From Camelus ferus (lineage: Eukaryota), in the NCBI RefSeq assembly GCF_009834535.1, contig NC_045697.1:62932001-62996000 (forward strand): a stretch of 64,000 bases of DNA, given 5' to 3'. A program made the translations under genes and the position numbers. The notes beneath the pieces were generated by a model, which saw nothing but the letters and a program-made list of their open reading frames with translations, searched no databases and had not been told where the DNA came from. Of the stretch, positions 1 to 13,378 are shown piece after piece; position 1 is the stretch's first letter, and the number at the start of each line of letters is the position of its first letter.

Positions 1-150
1 GGTGGAGCGCTCTGTACCAACACCTGCTGACAAATCAGGGCACTGCTCGCTGTTAGTAACAGGATAAGTCATGTAACCTAAAAGCCTGGCTACCCGCTGT
101 TAGCTCTTTCTGCACGAAGCCTCCTTATAACTTGCCATACCTGCCTCACA
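1..150 (-). mobile_element. Possible 5' (U3) end of an ERV LTR truncated by the window edge
   Basis: GC-richer with retained CpGs and ends ...CCTCACA (TGTGAGG on minus). It contains a 9-bp direct repeat CGCTGTTAG (48-56, 95-103), then switches sharply to AT-rich DNA. Confidence 0.4.
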
Positions 151-894
151 GGTTTGTTACTGAGAATTGAACAAGAGAATATTCACAGAAGTGTTTTGAA
201 AACAATAATCTATGTAAATGTTATTTACAGTTAAGTATAATATTGCCCAGGAAGTACATAGACATATATATGTGTGTGTGTATGCATATATATGTACACA
301 TAAATGCACATTACGTATATATTTATATATGCATACACACAGACACTGTAACAATCTAAATCAATTCCTTCTCTTCATAGCAAAATCATTTTTAAAAACT
401 GTTGTCTGATACTAATTCTATGAACTTCTAGAGTGCCTTTTCTCTTGTGTACTCTGAAAGCTTTTCCTAGTCAAATTAAATAAAATTTAAAGGCTATAAC
501 ACTCCAGAAACTGAACTAAGGTCTTTCATAAGTTAATGCCTCATTCATTTCTCAAAACAACCATGAGACATAGGTATCACTGTTTTAATTAACAAAGGAG
601 AAAAGTTAAGTGCCAGAGGCTTTACATTAAATTTTTAGTAATCACATTCTTGATTCAGACATGAGAGGAGAAACACATCAGGAAGGACCCACACCCTTGG
701 ATTTATGTTAATTGAAACCACAAGGTGATTGTATGTATGTATGTATAAGACTTTATTTGAAAAATAGGTGTTATTTTCTTCATCTGTAGATGAGGACATT
801 GAAGGTTAGGAGTGTTAATAATTTGATTCGAAGATAAGAACGAGATTCAAATGCAGATAGGCTTGAGATAAAACGTGTGATATTTATATTTACT

Positions 895-2100
895 TCTTTA
901 TTCAAAATATTGTTAGAGGATCTTCTAAGACATACAATTTCTGAACAAAATCACCATGATCGTTGCTATCGTGGAGTCTGCAGCTGAGTGGGAGAAGCAG
1001 AAACTAATCTAGTAATCCACCAGGAAAATGTAATTGATTTACCATTCAGGTCTCAGCAAAGTTATCTTCCTAGGGAACCCCTCCCATCTCCACTGGTGGT
1101 GTGGCCTCCTCCCCTCAGGAGTCTCTAGCCTTCTTACCACCCTGGGAGAAGGGCCTCCTAGTACTTATTTGTTGACTTGCATTTTTGTTTATTTTTTGCA
1201 TGTATCCCACTAGAATAGAAGGTCCTGAGAGCAGGGATCTTATCTGACTAATTGACTGTTGTTCCCCAGTGCCTGGAATCCTGGCTGCCTGTCCTATAAT
1301 TTAATTATTCATTAAATGTTTGTTGACAGAAGAGAGGAAGGAAGACGGGCTTCTGATGGCAGTGCAGAGTGCTGTGAGAATGTATTTTATGTACCTGATA
1401 GGAGAAATCAGAAACATCTGAAGAAGTCATACTTGAATTGCAAATCTGTAGAATGGATGAGGTCCTAAAGGAGTAGACAGAGGGTGGGGGTAATGTGTGT
1501 GTGTGTGTGTGTGTGTAGGAAGGGAGCAGCTGAGGTTTCACAAAGAGCAAGGAGTATGTGCAAAGTCCTGTGGTCGAACAGAACATGTTAAATATGAAGA
1601 AAGAAAAGAAGGCCAAGAGCAATTTAAGTGCAAAACATGGCAGGAAAAGTAGGTTGTGTCAGAGCCTTGCAGTAATTTTGACTTTATCGGAAAAGCCATG
1701 AGGAGCCACTGAAATATTTTAACCAGGAGGGAAGTATAACAATGTTTGCATTTTCATCAAGACCCTTTCTTGACATGGAAAGAGAGGGAAGGGGCAGAGC
1801 AGATGCAGGGATCCCAGGTTAGAGCCTCCGACATGGTCTAGAAATGAGGCCAAAGATCCTGGAGGATCCTTGATGATGGCGCTAAGAAGAACAGTTGTTG
1901 AACTCATGAGCTCTTGAAGAGAAAACTATTCAGTCTGTGATATTGGGAAACACAGGGCAGAGGAGATGGGGCCAGCAGGGACGCCTGCCTGGTTTCTGGC
2001 CTGTGCAGTAGACGGGATGGTGATGCCACCTCTGATAGGGAGTGTGGCAGAGGGGCGGGGGCAGGTGGCATGGACTTCTGCCGCCTCTTGGTGTGGGTAT
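895..2100. mobile_element. Cluster of degenerate LINE-2 fragments (both orientations)
   Basis: CCCACTAGAATAGAAGGTCCTGAGAGCAGGGAT...TCCCCAGTGCCTGGAA on +, and antisense motifs such as GTGCAAAGTCCTGTGG and GGAGCCACTGAAATATTTTAA. Confidence 0.65.
1494..1516. repeat. (TG)n microsatellite
   Basis: Read directly. Confidence 0.9.
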
Positions 2101-4308
2101 CTCCTTGGTCTTGAAAAGTTGGTAGAGGATAGAAAGTATTAAACTTTGAAAATCTGAGGTTTTTCAGAGACGTTAGGGCAGAGCACCCAACAGAGTCTAG
2201 GAGACTTCATTTTGAACCATCATATTACTTATTTAAAATAATTATTTTTTAACTAGAAAAAGCTACCTCCATATGACTACAGATCATGAACTAATTTCTG
2301 AAAATGTTTGTTATTAAGGAAATTCCTTCATAGATCTCAGGTTCCAATAGTGCTTTTAACTACACTAATCCTCAAGATAAAAAAGACATACATCCTCGTG
2401 AGAATTTTTCTTTTCATTTTAGAATCAAGAATCATATCTTGAAAAATATAATTAGCTCTTTTCGTTTTAATGCGTCTATCTGAACACCCCCAAGAGTTTC
2501 AAAGAATGAAGGAGGAAAACTGGAAATGGGTAAATATTGGAATAAGAACAACCAGTACCTAAAATGTGAATGTAGAATGGGATCTCATTATATAGTATAA
2601 ACAGAATCACAAAACGCACAGCACAAAGGAGGTCTGTGCCTTTTCTTTTGATGTGCCTGTGTAGTGCAACTGCAATTAGTGGTAATAGGAGTTGCATGTG
2701 TGGCTCAAAGGGGCTTGATGTAAGATTGCAGCAGGGTACAAAATGGTATAAGCAATCCAGTTCTCATTACCAACATATAATTTTATTGTCTCCTTTAGAT
2801 AGCATAACTTTTTTGTTATCAGAATTCCCCCAACCCATTACATCACAAATGCAATTATAAATGCATTATAAATTCACCCAAGCTAAAAAAATCAAATGCA
2901 GCAAATTGATTTGAAGAGAAGGAAGGGTTTAGAAAGTAAATTGTGATCAAGTTGTACATGGAATGTTGCCTACTCTCCCACTTCTATGATTCCAAAGAAT
3001 ATATGCTTATGTTTAAAGACAAATACTCTGATCTGATACAGAAGCATCTTTTTTTTTTTAGGTTCTGGTTTTAATATGCTAGATTTTTCTTAGGCAGTAG
3101 GCAGTCCCTTAAATTGTACAATCTAGTATTCATTCATTTCTTTCTATAGCAGGTTCTATTGCATTTTCCCAGAATTAACCTGCTTTTAACACTCTTGCTT
3201 AGCTCTGTGTAGAACTTGCACACATGTTAACATGCATTACAAATGTTTGAAGACTCATAACCATTTAAAGTGATATGGATATCATATGTGTATATAATAG
3301 ATATGTACGTATGTAACGAAGCCATATGGTTCTCCCCACTGAGAATTTATATACACATAATATCACAATACACAAATAAAGCTTTTTAGTTATAAGCAAA
3401 TTTGTTGAACATATAATATTTATGCAATTTCTCTTCTTTAGAAAGCATTTGACCATTTCATTTTTTAAGTTTAATGTCCTCCATTGATTCAGGCAGTTTC
3501 TATTCTTTGCATTTATAATGCCTATCTTTCTGTCACAGAATAAAATAATAAATTTATTTTCACCCTCTACAAGATTTTTGTGTTCATTAATACACAGAAA
3601 ACTTTAATTCATGTTAATTTTGCTAAGAATATCAATGTGAGAATGGGTATTAACTTGAATATTGTATCTCCTTTTTTTCCCCTCTAATTTATTAAGAAGT
3701 TACTTGCTTAAATATATGACGTTGTGTCAGAGATTTACACACACTGGAATTTAAAAGAAAGGTAAACACATTGTCCCTTTATTTTGCCTACTTCGAATCT
3801 GAACTGAAAAGCCCTGGTTTTCTGGGTAATAGGAGGAAAACTCGTCCAATTGGTTTTAAATTTAATTTGAGTAAAATTTAACAGTCTCTTTATGTAATGT
3901 TTACTCTCCTTTAATAAGATTTCTCAGACTTTTGGTCCCTCAAACAATCTCCTCTCTTCTGTCTAAGTCAGCATCAGTTAAAAGGAAAAGATGCTCAGAC
4001 CTACCATGGTTTCTGGGATCTGCTCTGCTCTGTCTCTGTTTACCTGGTTGATGCCTGTGTAACCTGTTGTTGAGCTCGTTAGCCAGTGATCACGATGACT
4101 GGCTCACATCTTTTCAGTCTTAATTCTCCACCAGGAACCAATGGAAATCCTCACCTTTTTGGTGGGGATGGCTGTAGAAAGAGGAGATCCTGAAAGTAGA
4201 AGCTGCCTGAGAACCAAGAGATGTAATAAATGGAAACTGTCAGCTTTCTGCTAATGGATCTGCAAATCCACCTTCCTCTGCACCTGACTTTTATCTCTTG
4301 TTACAGAG

Positions 4309-4476
4309 CACTGTGTATTGGAATCACCTGAAGAGCTTATTAAACCTTGGATTTCTGGGTTCCATCACAGAGTTTCTGATTCAGTAAGTCTTGGATCGGT
4401 CTTGATCATTTGTGTAGCTAATATTCCCAAGTGATTCTAATGCTGCTGGTCTAGAGACCTCACTACAAGGACACTG
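4309..4476. mobile_element. MER5A (hAT-Charlie MITE)
   Basis: GAATCACCTG...CAGAGTTTCTGATTCAGTAAGTCT...GTGATTCTAATGCTGCTGGTC. Confidence 0.8.
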
Positions 4477-4974
4477 CGATGAGAAAGTGTAACTCTGTAT
4501 CAGAAATAAGCTACATCCCATCCTTTTCCATCTCCTTCATCAATCATTCCTTTTATTTTCTTTATATTTCAATCTCTTCCTTTCTGGGAATCCTCTGAAT
4601 CAGCATACAGGCATGGTCCACTCTTCCTATCTTACAAAAAGACAAAACAAAATGCACACATAACTACAAATAGCTTTCTTGGATCCAGATGTCTCTCTGG
4701 CTACCGTATGAGCTCTATAAAACCAAGCTTCTTGAGAGTTTTCTGCTCTCCTGTAGCTACTTCATTACCTTTCATTTTATTCTAGCTTTCTACAATCTGG
4801 GTTCTGCTTTCACTACTTCTAATACTATACCATAACTGCCAGTCTGGTTAGTCTAAGTAAATTTTATACTTTTATGGAAACATTTCACAGCTATTCTTAG
4901 CTAGGGCAAATTTTTATTTTAAGAAGAGATGAAAATTTCAGAGAATTTTATAATTTGTAGAATTATGTTCCAAC

Positions 4975-5160
4975 TTGCTCTGCCACTTACAAGTTGGATA
5001 ATTATGTGTAAATGCTTAAACTCTTTGAGATTCAATATTTATGAATGTTAACTAGAGTTAATGATATCTATCTTGCTAGCTTATTTTGAGGTTAGAGCTA
5101 TTGCACATATAATGCCTAGAATAGTGCTTGGAATTTAAGCAGTAACTAAGAACAACAATA
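4975..5160 (+). mobile_element. MIR SINE
   Basis: GCTCTGCCACTTAC...CTTAAACTCTTTGAG...ATGCCTAGAATAGTGCTTGG. Confidence 0.65.
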
Positions 5161-5339
5161 GAAATAGTAATCTAATTTTGACATTTAGAACACAGAAAAA
5201 TCAGATTTTTGAGTCTGTACTTTGTCACCAACTATCAGAATGCTTAAAGGTGATAGCCTTTTAAGTGGAGTGTTTATTATTTGTAAATTCTAATCAGTCA
5301 AAAGAATGCTCTGCTATGAATTAAGCAGATCAGTTGTTG

Positions 5340-6920
5340 AGAAGGCGTCTTATCATTTAACATCCTGGGGACCACCCACAATGGCTCCTGAACCACTAGA
5401 ACTGAAGAACTGTCTTATTAACCAAGAATCGTCAAAGGGATCCTCCTTATAACCCCATTGTAACCACAGCCATGTCTTCCCATGATCCAAGTCAATTACC
5501 CTTTGTGGGATTGGTGGACCTGACAGAACCAGATCATGTTGGTCAGTTCTGACTGCAAAGTCCCTTAAAGACCCCTGGTCAGGCACTCTATCTTTACCAG
5601 GATCCAGCAACTGTTTTTCAGCCGTATTCTCCTCTGAGGTGGCTCCAGAATGGTAGGGGGCCATAATCACCATTCTCCTGGGCTTACCATAAACCCCATA
5701 CATCATCTTTTCTCACTCCAGATACCTACAGTATCTCAGAGTCTGAGGACCACGTGTCCTGAGCAGCAGTTGTCCCTTCACTCCAGCCTGGGTCTGGGCA
5801 GGACTCCCGTCCCGTTCTGTGCTCTAATGACAGATGGCAGCTCTTCATGTCACGAAGTATAGGGACCAGAGTGATATTCTCAGCTGTGGCATATGTTGCC
5901 TTCAAAACTGAAAGAAGCTTACTAGGTATTGTGCTTCCTTCTATGTGTGGAAGCTGTGAGGGGCAATAATTTACTTTTTTCTTCAAAGACATTGGCCCAG
6001 ATTCCTGAGGTGACAGGACTTTTAGAAATTTCAGAAATACAGCAGACCCCTGAAACTTCATTTACCTCTCACCCTCTGAAACACATTTGTCTCACTAAAG
6101 CCTCCAACATAGTTGTCATTTCTTGTTTTTGGTTCTATTAGCATGATGTTATCCGTATCATGTGCCAGCAGGGTGTTCTTCAGGATGTGCAGCCCATTCA
6201 GATTTCTTTGACAGAGGAAGAAAGTGTTATTATAACCCTGGGGCAAGACTGCAGATGGATACTATTGTCACTTCCAAGTGAATGCTAATTGTTTCTGCTC
6301 CTCTTTTCTGAAAAGGGTAAAAAAAGAACACATTTTCCAGATCAAAGGCTTTGTACCTGAGGCTATGTTTATCTGTGCCAGTAAAGCTAGCACATCTAGC
6401 ATAGTGACTGCAATGAGGGCTACTGCTTGATTGAGTTTGACTGTTAGTATCCAGGAAACATCTCGATTTTGTAGGCGCCAGACTTGTGATTTAAATGGAG
6501 ATAGGCTGGGACCACAAGCTCTGCCTTCTCCAGGGGTACTAATCTCTGCCATCTCGCCCGCAGTGTGGTACTGGTTTTAATTTACAGTCTTGGCTGGGAG
6601 AGCAGTTTCAGGGGTCCCACTTGACTTTCCACATGACTACAGGATTCAGGCAAGGGAAACAATACAGAGGCTATACTGATTACTGAATATGTCCATTTCA
6701 AGCATAAAACTGGGAAATGTGGACATTACTGAGTCGGTTAATGAACTAAGTGTACCATTGTAGGCTAGACCTTGGCCAAGGCTGCATTTAACACCTGGCC
6801 CTATATGCCCCTTCTTCAACAGGGGGCTCCTTTAGTTCCCCAGGATCCAATGTCAACAAGGATCTTATACCAATGACTTGGGAGTGTTTAGGTATTCTCT
6901 TGTCCTCAGTGTATAGTTAC
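5340..6920 (-). mobile_element. Decayed ERV-L (class III) internal pro-pol remnant (protease, RT, RNase H linker)
   Basis: Minus-strand translations give ERV-L pol-like motifs: VTIH*GQENT*T...LVDIGS (protease, 6843-6860), KLNQAVALIAVTMLDVLALLAQIN, KEEQKQLAFTWK, MPQGYNN, HDTDNIMLIEP (degenerate YIDD), KFQGSAVFLKFL and EKQLL. There are many stops and frameshifts. Confidence 0.9.
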
Positions 6921-7320
6921 TCTGAGATGGAAATGAGCACATTAGAAGTTTAGTAGGGAATGCTTGACTTGAATATCTATGGGAGGGCAGATAATGAAGA
7001 AAGACTGAGCAGAGGGAGAAGTTAGGCTACACTGCAGTTTCAATAAAGACCTCAGCTGATCCTATGTGGAGCTCTGACAGTAACCCTTTCAAGTTGTCCC
7101 ACATTATGGAAAGGAGACAGGCCTTTTCTACTCCCCCTTCATCTGTCCATTGGGTGAAGGGTTTTCTTGGGAATGGGATTTGACCTTGGAAAAGGTAGCT
7201 CTCCAGCCAAAGGTAATTCCCTGAGAGGGCTGAGAACTGAGAACTGTCAGTCCACAACACTCCCAGCAACTTAGGAAAACTTTCATCTCCAAAGATGAAT
7301 CTCTGTGTCATACATCACAA
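6919..7320 (-). mobile_element. ERVL LTR, LTR33-like
   Basis: CTCTGAGATGG...GCAGAGGGAGAAGTT...GAGCTCTG...AATTCCCTGAGAGGG...CAACACTCCCAGCA resembles the reverse complement of LTR33. Confidence 0.7.
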
Positions 7321-7490
7321 CCTCCTGAATCTTCCATTATCCACCTGCAGGGACATGTTGGTGCCAGAAATACATCAGGTGCTCAAAATCTTAAGTAGAG
7401 AAGTAAGTATAAAGCTACCTTGAAAACGTTATCTCTGAACAGTTTGCCACCCTTGGGATTTTGTTCTTCTAATCATGTTTTGTTTTACAC

Positions 7491-8055
7491 TTTTTAAAAT
7501 TGTGGTAAATTATGCATAGCATAAAACTTACCTTGTTAAACATTTCTAAGTGTATGATTCAGTGGCATTAAATACATTCACAATGTTGTGTAACTATCAC
7601 CATATCCATTTCCAGAACTTTTTCATAATCCCAAAGAGAATTTTTGTGCCCATTAAATAATAACTCCCCATTCCTTCTCCTTTAGCCCCTGGCAACCATT
7701 CTGCTTACTGTCTGTATGATTTGCCAATACTACATAGTCAATGTAAGTGGAAACATGCAATATTTGTTCTTCTGTGTTTGGCTTATTTCATTTAACACAA
7801 TGTTTTCAAGGTTTGTCTATCTTGTAGCGTGTGTCAGAATTTCATTCCTTTTTAAGGCTGAATAATATTCCATTATATATGTATATGTGTATATGTTTAT
7901 CACACTTTGATTATCCATTCATCTGTTGGTGGACATCTGGGTAGTTTCCACCTTTTGACTGTTTTGAATTAATACCATTATGAACAACAATGTACAAATG
8001 TCTGAGTACTTGTTTTTAATTCTTTTGGGTATATAGTCAGATGTGTAATTATTGA
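7491..8055 (-). mobile_element. LINE-1 3' end fragment (L1MB-like)
   Basis: Typical antisense L1M 3' sequence: CAGTGGCATTAAATACATTCACAATGTTGTG, TTTAAGGCTGAATAATATTCCATT, ATCCATTCATCTGTTGGTGGACA. Confidence 0.9.
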
Positions 8056-8199
8056 ACTAAAATTAAGCCGTATCTTAAATTATAGCAATACATAATATTT
8101 ATCTTATTCAAAATTTTCACTATTGAAAAAGTATAATTCTTATTGTATACAAAATTATATTTATTTGACAAATTTGCTTTTATTTATTGAATATATGCC

Positions 8200-8470
8200 A
8201 GTCTGCTAAATACTTTATACCTATTATATCTTAGATAATTGCTGGCAGATATAAGTACAAATTAAGTGCATGATTGATATTTACTATTATTATCTCATTA
8301 AATCCTTACAGTAACATCTGAAGAAAGAGTATAAATATTTTTATGCTAAATTTATTAAATGGAATAACTGGGGCTCAGACAGGTTAATAACTTGCCTAAG
8401 GTCACACTGATCCATGGTAGCAGAGCCAGGGTTGGCAACTAGAAGTATTTGTCTCAGAGACTGCTCTGAA
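8200..8470 (-). mobile_element. MIR SINE
   Basis: AACTGGGGCTCAGACAGGTTAATAACTTGCCTAAGGTCACAC...AGCAGAGCCAGGGTT. Confidence 0.8.
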
Positions 8471-11299
8471 TGATTATCCTTAGTTACATTTAGAGAACTA
8501 TTAGATCTTTGACTTTATATTTAAGGAGCTCACACCTACTTTAAAAATTTATTTAATTACTTTAAAGTGTGAAATTCCCTAAGAGGAATTCTGTGTTTTT
8601 ACTTGTTTGTTTTTGTTATCGCATATTCATATATCTGATAAAAATATTAGTCAAGTATATTATTTTTGTATAAGCATTTTTTAGTCATAATGGTGCCTTT
8701 TTTCCCTATTTGTCCTCTAATTCCATGAGAGAACATAGACTGTAAGGCTATCTTAAGATGTGTATAATTTTTCATTTTCATTTGTGTGAGAACTAGAAGA
8801 AAATCAATTTTCTACTCCAGATTTTTTCACTTAATAGAAGTTGTAACATTTTAAAGTTTTTAGGTCATTTCCCAGAAATACTGTTTTATTTAGAACAAGT
8901 AGAAAGTTATTTGAAAATACTTTATTAGCTTCTTTTTTAGAAACACAAAGCATATTTATTACATAGTTATTTCTATTTACACATTAGAAATTTTTAAAAA
9001 ATTAAAATGAATAGAAAAGGAATTTAACTTTGGTTTTAGTATTATTTAAAACTTATCTGATTTTAATCATTTTAGGGAAAAATATATCACATAGTTAATA
9101 AAATGAATAGCTTTTTTCCCCCCTAGTCTGCAAATAGATTTATGGACAAGCAACCAAGCACAAAAAGCCAGTTTAACAAACCAATCTTTAAAAAATATTT
9201 CTCTCCACTACAATAGCTAAAAACTGTATTGAGAAAATCTGTAAAATGTTTAAATGGTAGTTACATTTTTAGTCTGTTGTTTTTTACATTTTGTAAGAGA
9301 AAATATTTTATAAAGTAGCATAGATTTCTGTCTGAAGAAATTAAGTTAAATCAGTGGTAAAAGTTTCTAGGGCAAATTGCTTTCATATTACATTGAATTA
9401 GAGGTGCAGTCTTTGGTCAGCATGCTTTTTGCCATCAGTTTGTTCCTTAATGAAATTTTCTTATTACATTATTTATTCTTTTATTTTAAGCCATGATATC
9501 TCTACCTGATTGTGGTTTGGCTATATGAAAACTGGAATTAAGAAGGTGGCTGAGATTCTCTAAGAAATCATCAGAACCTTCCAATTACAGGTAACATATA
9601 TCATGATAATATAATGACATTAATTAAGTGTACACAATCCAAGTTTAAACACTTAGCTTCTAATCACTGCTTCACTTGAGATTGTTAAGCAAATTTGGCT
9701 TACATGTCAATACTTCTCACTCCTTGATGATTTGGAATAATAGTTTCTAAAATAAGTTTTGTCAAACTTTGTCCTCCCGATATTTGGTCAAAAAAGTTTG
9801 GGGGAACCTCCCCAATTATCTCTTTTTAGAAAATGACTACCCACTCAGAGCAGTCCTGCAGTAAGTAAATTCAATTAATGTGTTAATTTAAAATTTTTGA
9901 AACCCTGATTTAGAAATTACATTATATATGTGGAAAGCTCTTAACTTCTCTGGAGTCCAAGCTGGTAATTAAAGTAAAACAGAAAACAACAACAACAACA
10001 AAATGTCTTTAGATTTCATATTGGTATACGGCAATGTTTGCTTAAATGTATTGTCACCTGCACTAAACTTTAGTATGAGGAGTATTAAGTCCCTGGCAAG
10101 GTTTCATTCAGTTGACAGGGTTTCTAAATTAGCTCCTTTGATTGCTATATGTCAAGCATAATAAACAAACGAAGAACCTGGTGCTGAAAAATTAGTTCCA
10201 GCTCACTGAGTTCAAGATTAAATATATTGAGTAATTCAGATACAATGGAATTTTTGAATTAAGATGATAATTTAAGAAATTTGTCAGTGTAAATAAATTG
10301 AAGTATCTACATTTTTACATTCTTAGCAGAAAACAAATACATTTAAACTAGCAGTATTTTATAAAATTAGATAAATAATTTAGTGTCTAATACTTATTTG
10401 TTAAATGAACTTTGTTTATTCATGTGTCCTACTAGTTTTTTGGGAAGACATACCAATCATCATTTAGATTGTTTTCTATGTAATTTTCATATAAAAATAT
10501 GTCAGAAGAATCTCCTTTTCATTTAAACAGTAAAAAATGTTTGGATCAGATATGATGAACATCTAAGATCTGATACAATTTTTTTTATGTACCTGGAATC
10601 CATTAATTGGCAAGAAAGTATACTACCTTCTCCTTGACCTTAATGCCCATATTCTAAATGTCATTTGTAAGATGGCCAGTATCTCTCAGTTCTATTAGAA
10701 AAAATATAAGTCGCCTGGTTACCTAGTGGCATTTTTGAGTATCCACTTAACGTCTGTCCGGTGATGGAGTGCTGCACATGTTTGCGCATACTCCTGCACT
10801 ACACTTCCAATGGCCTGAGTTATTCACGAAGGTTGTTTGGACCTTTATGGGAGGTCTAATAACAACTTGCATGGAATATGAACAAATTGACAAGAAAGAG
10901 GAAGGCAGATGGGGAACAAAGTATCAAGTTTATTACTGCATTTATTACTTTACTACTATGTTGGAGAATGTACTCAGCATAAGAGGTGAATGAGATGAAC
11001 ATCTAAGATCGGATACAACTAGACTTTAAACAGACCTAAGCACTTCATTCTGGGTAAGACTTATGGGTTGAAGTACTGAGGAGAATATGTGCTATCTGCA
11101 GGCATCTGGCTCCCAGAAGAAAAAAGAGATGAGCTAATTTAAGCAAACAACGCTTAATTTTTGTTTTCTCAAATTGACCGGTCAGGTGGATCACACTCTC
11201 CTTTGAGGCAGAATGAATTCAGTTTCCTCTGTGTGGAAAGACACATGAGGAATATGGATGACATGTTCTCCCTTAACAGTGTTATTTGAATGATAATCA

Positions 11300-11530
11300 G
11301 GGAGGCAAATGTGATGCCACTGAACATACATCACCTCTTAAATCAAGAGACATTAGCAGTTTGGGTCTACCATTCAGATGCTTGTTTACCTTTAAGATGT
11401 CAAAACTATCCAAGCTCCCATTTTCTCATTTGTAAATTAATAATAATAATGCCTAACTTTCAAAGTTTTTTTAAGGGTTAAAACAAATAATGCATGTGAA
11501 AATGTATGAAACAGAAAATATTATTATTAT
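11300..11530 (+). mobile_element. MIR SINE
   Basis: TTTTCTCATTTGTAAATTAATAATAATAATGCCTAACTT...AATAATGCATGTGAAA. Confidence 0.65.
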
Positions 11531-12286
11531 CTTATTAGATGGTATAGTTCAATCAAGAGTTAGTGAGCACCTTGCTAAGCATTGGAGATATAAAGATGAA
11601 TAACATATAGTCTCTAACCCTGGGTCTCATGAGAGAATAAAAAAATTGAACAGATCATATCAGGGAGAGAGCAATAATGAGAAATAGTCTGAGTGCTTTG
11701 GGGTGCACTAGAGTCTCATTCATTAAAATCTCACAGGAATATTTAAGTTAGTTACCAATTTTGATACAGATCACATGAATCCACCGAGGAAACAATAGCT
11801 AAGTGTTATGTCCATGGCTTGCTTTCTATGTTTACTTTGCCCTTTAACCGACATATATATGAACATAAATTCTATGAATCCAAACATTGAACAGTTGAGG
11901 TCATGTCGTGTGGTGGTAATATTGGATTTATCAACATCAGGCTGTATATTGTGAAAAACTAGAGAGCATGTCACAAGATCAGTAAGCTTATGGAATAGGA
12001 TTGACATCTAAGATGAAAGCCAAAGAGAAGAGATTGTTCCCATGACAATAAGAGCTTTGAAAATGCAAAAGGAAGTACCTGGGCAGTAGTCCAGGGTCAA
12101 AACCAAACAAGGACTAAAAATCAGGAAAATACACAGGAACTATAGATGTACACAGAAGAAGATTAATTCCTCAAACTGAGATAGTTCAACTCACCTCACT
12201 TTCTAAAATGAAAACTATCTTAAGCAGGCAGCTGAAAATACTAGCTCAAAGTACTGTTCAGCCTACTTTGTTTCAAATTTGTCCGA

Positions 12287-13378
12287 TTTTTAAAAAGTGT
12301 GATAAAATATACGTAACATAAAATTTACCATTTTAACCATTTAAATACGTGCAATTTAGTGACATTAAGTATATTCACATGTTGTACAACCATCACCACT
12401 ATCCATTTTCAGGACTTTTTCATCATCCCAAATAGAAATACTATATGCATTAAACAATAACTCCCCATTCTTTCCTCCCCTAGTTCCTGGTTACCCCTAT
12501 TCTACTTTCTGTGCTTATGAATTTGCCCATTCTAGATACCTAAAATAGTGGAATAATTCTTTTGTGTTTGGCTTATTTTACTTGGCATAGTTTTCATTGT
12601 TCATCCACATTGTAGCTAGTGTCAGAATTTCTTTTTAAGTCTGAATATTATTCCATTGTATGTACATACCACTTTTTTTTAAGAACTGCATTCATCTGTT
12701 GACAGACATTTGGGTTGTTTCCACCTTTTGGCTATTGTGAATAATGCTGCTATGAATATTGATATACAAATATTTGTTAAGTCCATGATTTTCATTTTGT
12801 GGGGTGTGTATACATTCAGAAGTGGAATTGCTGAATTATGTGGCAACTCTATGTTTAATTTTTGGAGAAAATCACTATGCTGTTTTCCGTCATGGCTGCA
12901 CCATTTTATATTCCCACCAGCAATGCATGAGGTTCTGATTTCCCCACATCCTCATCAAGACTTGTTATTTTTTGGGTTTTGTTTGCTTGTTTTTAATTAT
13001 AGCCATCCTAATGGGTGTAAAGTGGTATCTTGTTAAGGTTTCAGTTTGCATTTCCCTAATGATTAACTTTGGTAAGTACCTTTTCATGTGCTTATTTGTC
13101 ATTTGCGTGTCTTCTTTGGAGAAATGTCTATTCAAATCCTTTGCCTATTTTTGAATTGAGTTGTTTGGGGTTTTTGGTTGTTAAGTTGAAGGTATTCTTT
13201 ATATATTCTGGATATTAACCTTTTATCAGCTATGTGATTGGCTGTGGGTTGTCCTCTCACCCTCTTGATAGTAGTATTCTTTGATGCACAGATGTTTTAA
13301 TTTTGATGAGGTCCAATCTATCTATTCATTCTTTTGTTGCCTGTGCCTTTGGTGTTATATCCAAGAAACCATTGCCAG
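12287..13378 (-). mobile_element. LINE-1 fragment (L1MB-like 3'UTR plus ORF2 C-terminal part)
   Basis: TTGTTTCCACCTTTTGGCTATTGTGAATAATGCTGCTATGAA, TTCCCACCAGCAATG and TCTTCTTTGGAGAAATGTCTATTCAAATCCTTTGCC are L1 ORF2 antisense hallmarks. Confidence 0.92.

Noticed and set aside
275..341. Perfect 18-bp inverted repeat (275-292 / 324-341)
   Set aside because: It lies in low-complexity TA/TG/CA sequence where self-complementarity is expected by chance.
5353..6552. Minus-strand ORFs as a functional or domesticated RT gene
   Set aside because: Fragmented across frames with stops, and the catalytic YxDD is degenerate (HDTDN). This is a decayed ERV-L.
12710..13154. 108-aa and 60-aa plus-strand ORFs
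   Set aside because: Antisense readings of L1 ORF2 sequence, a common spurious ORF type.
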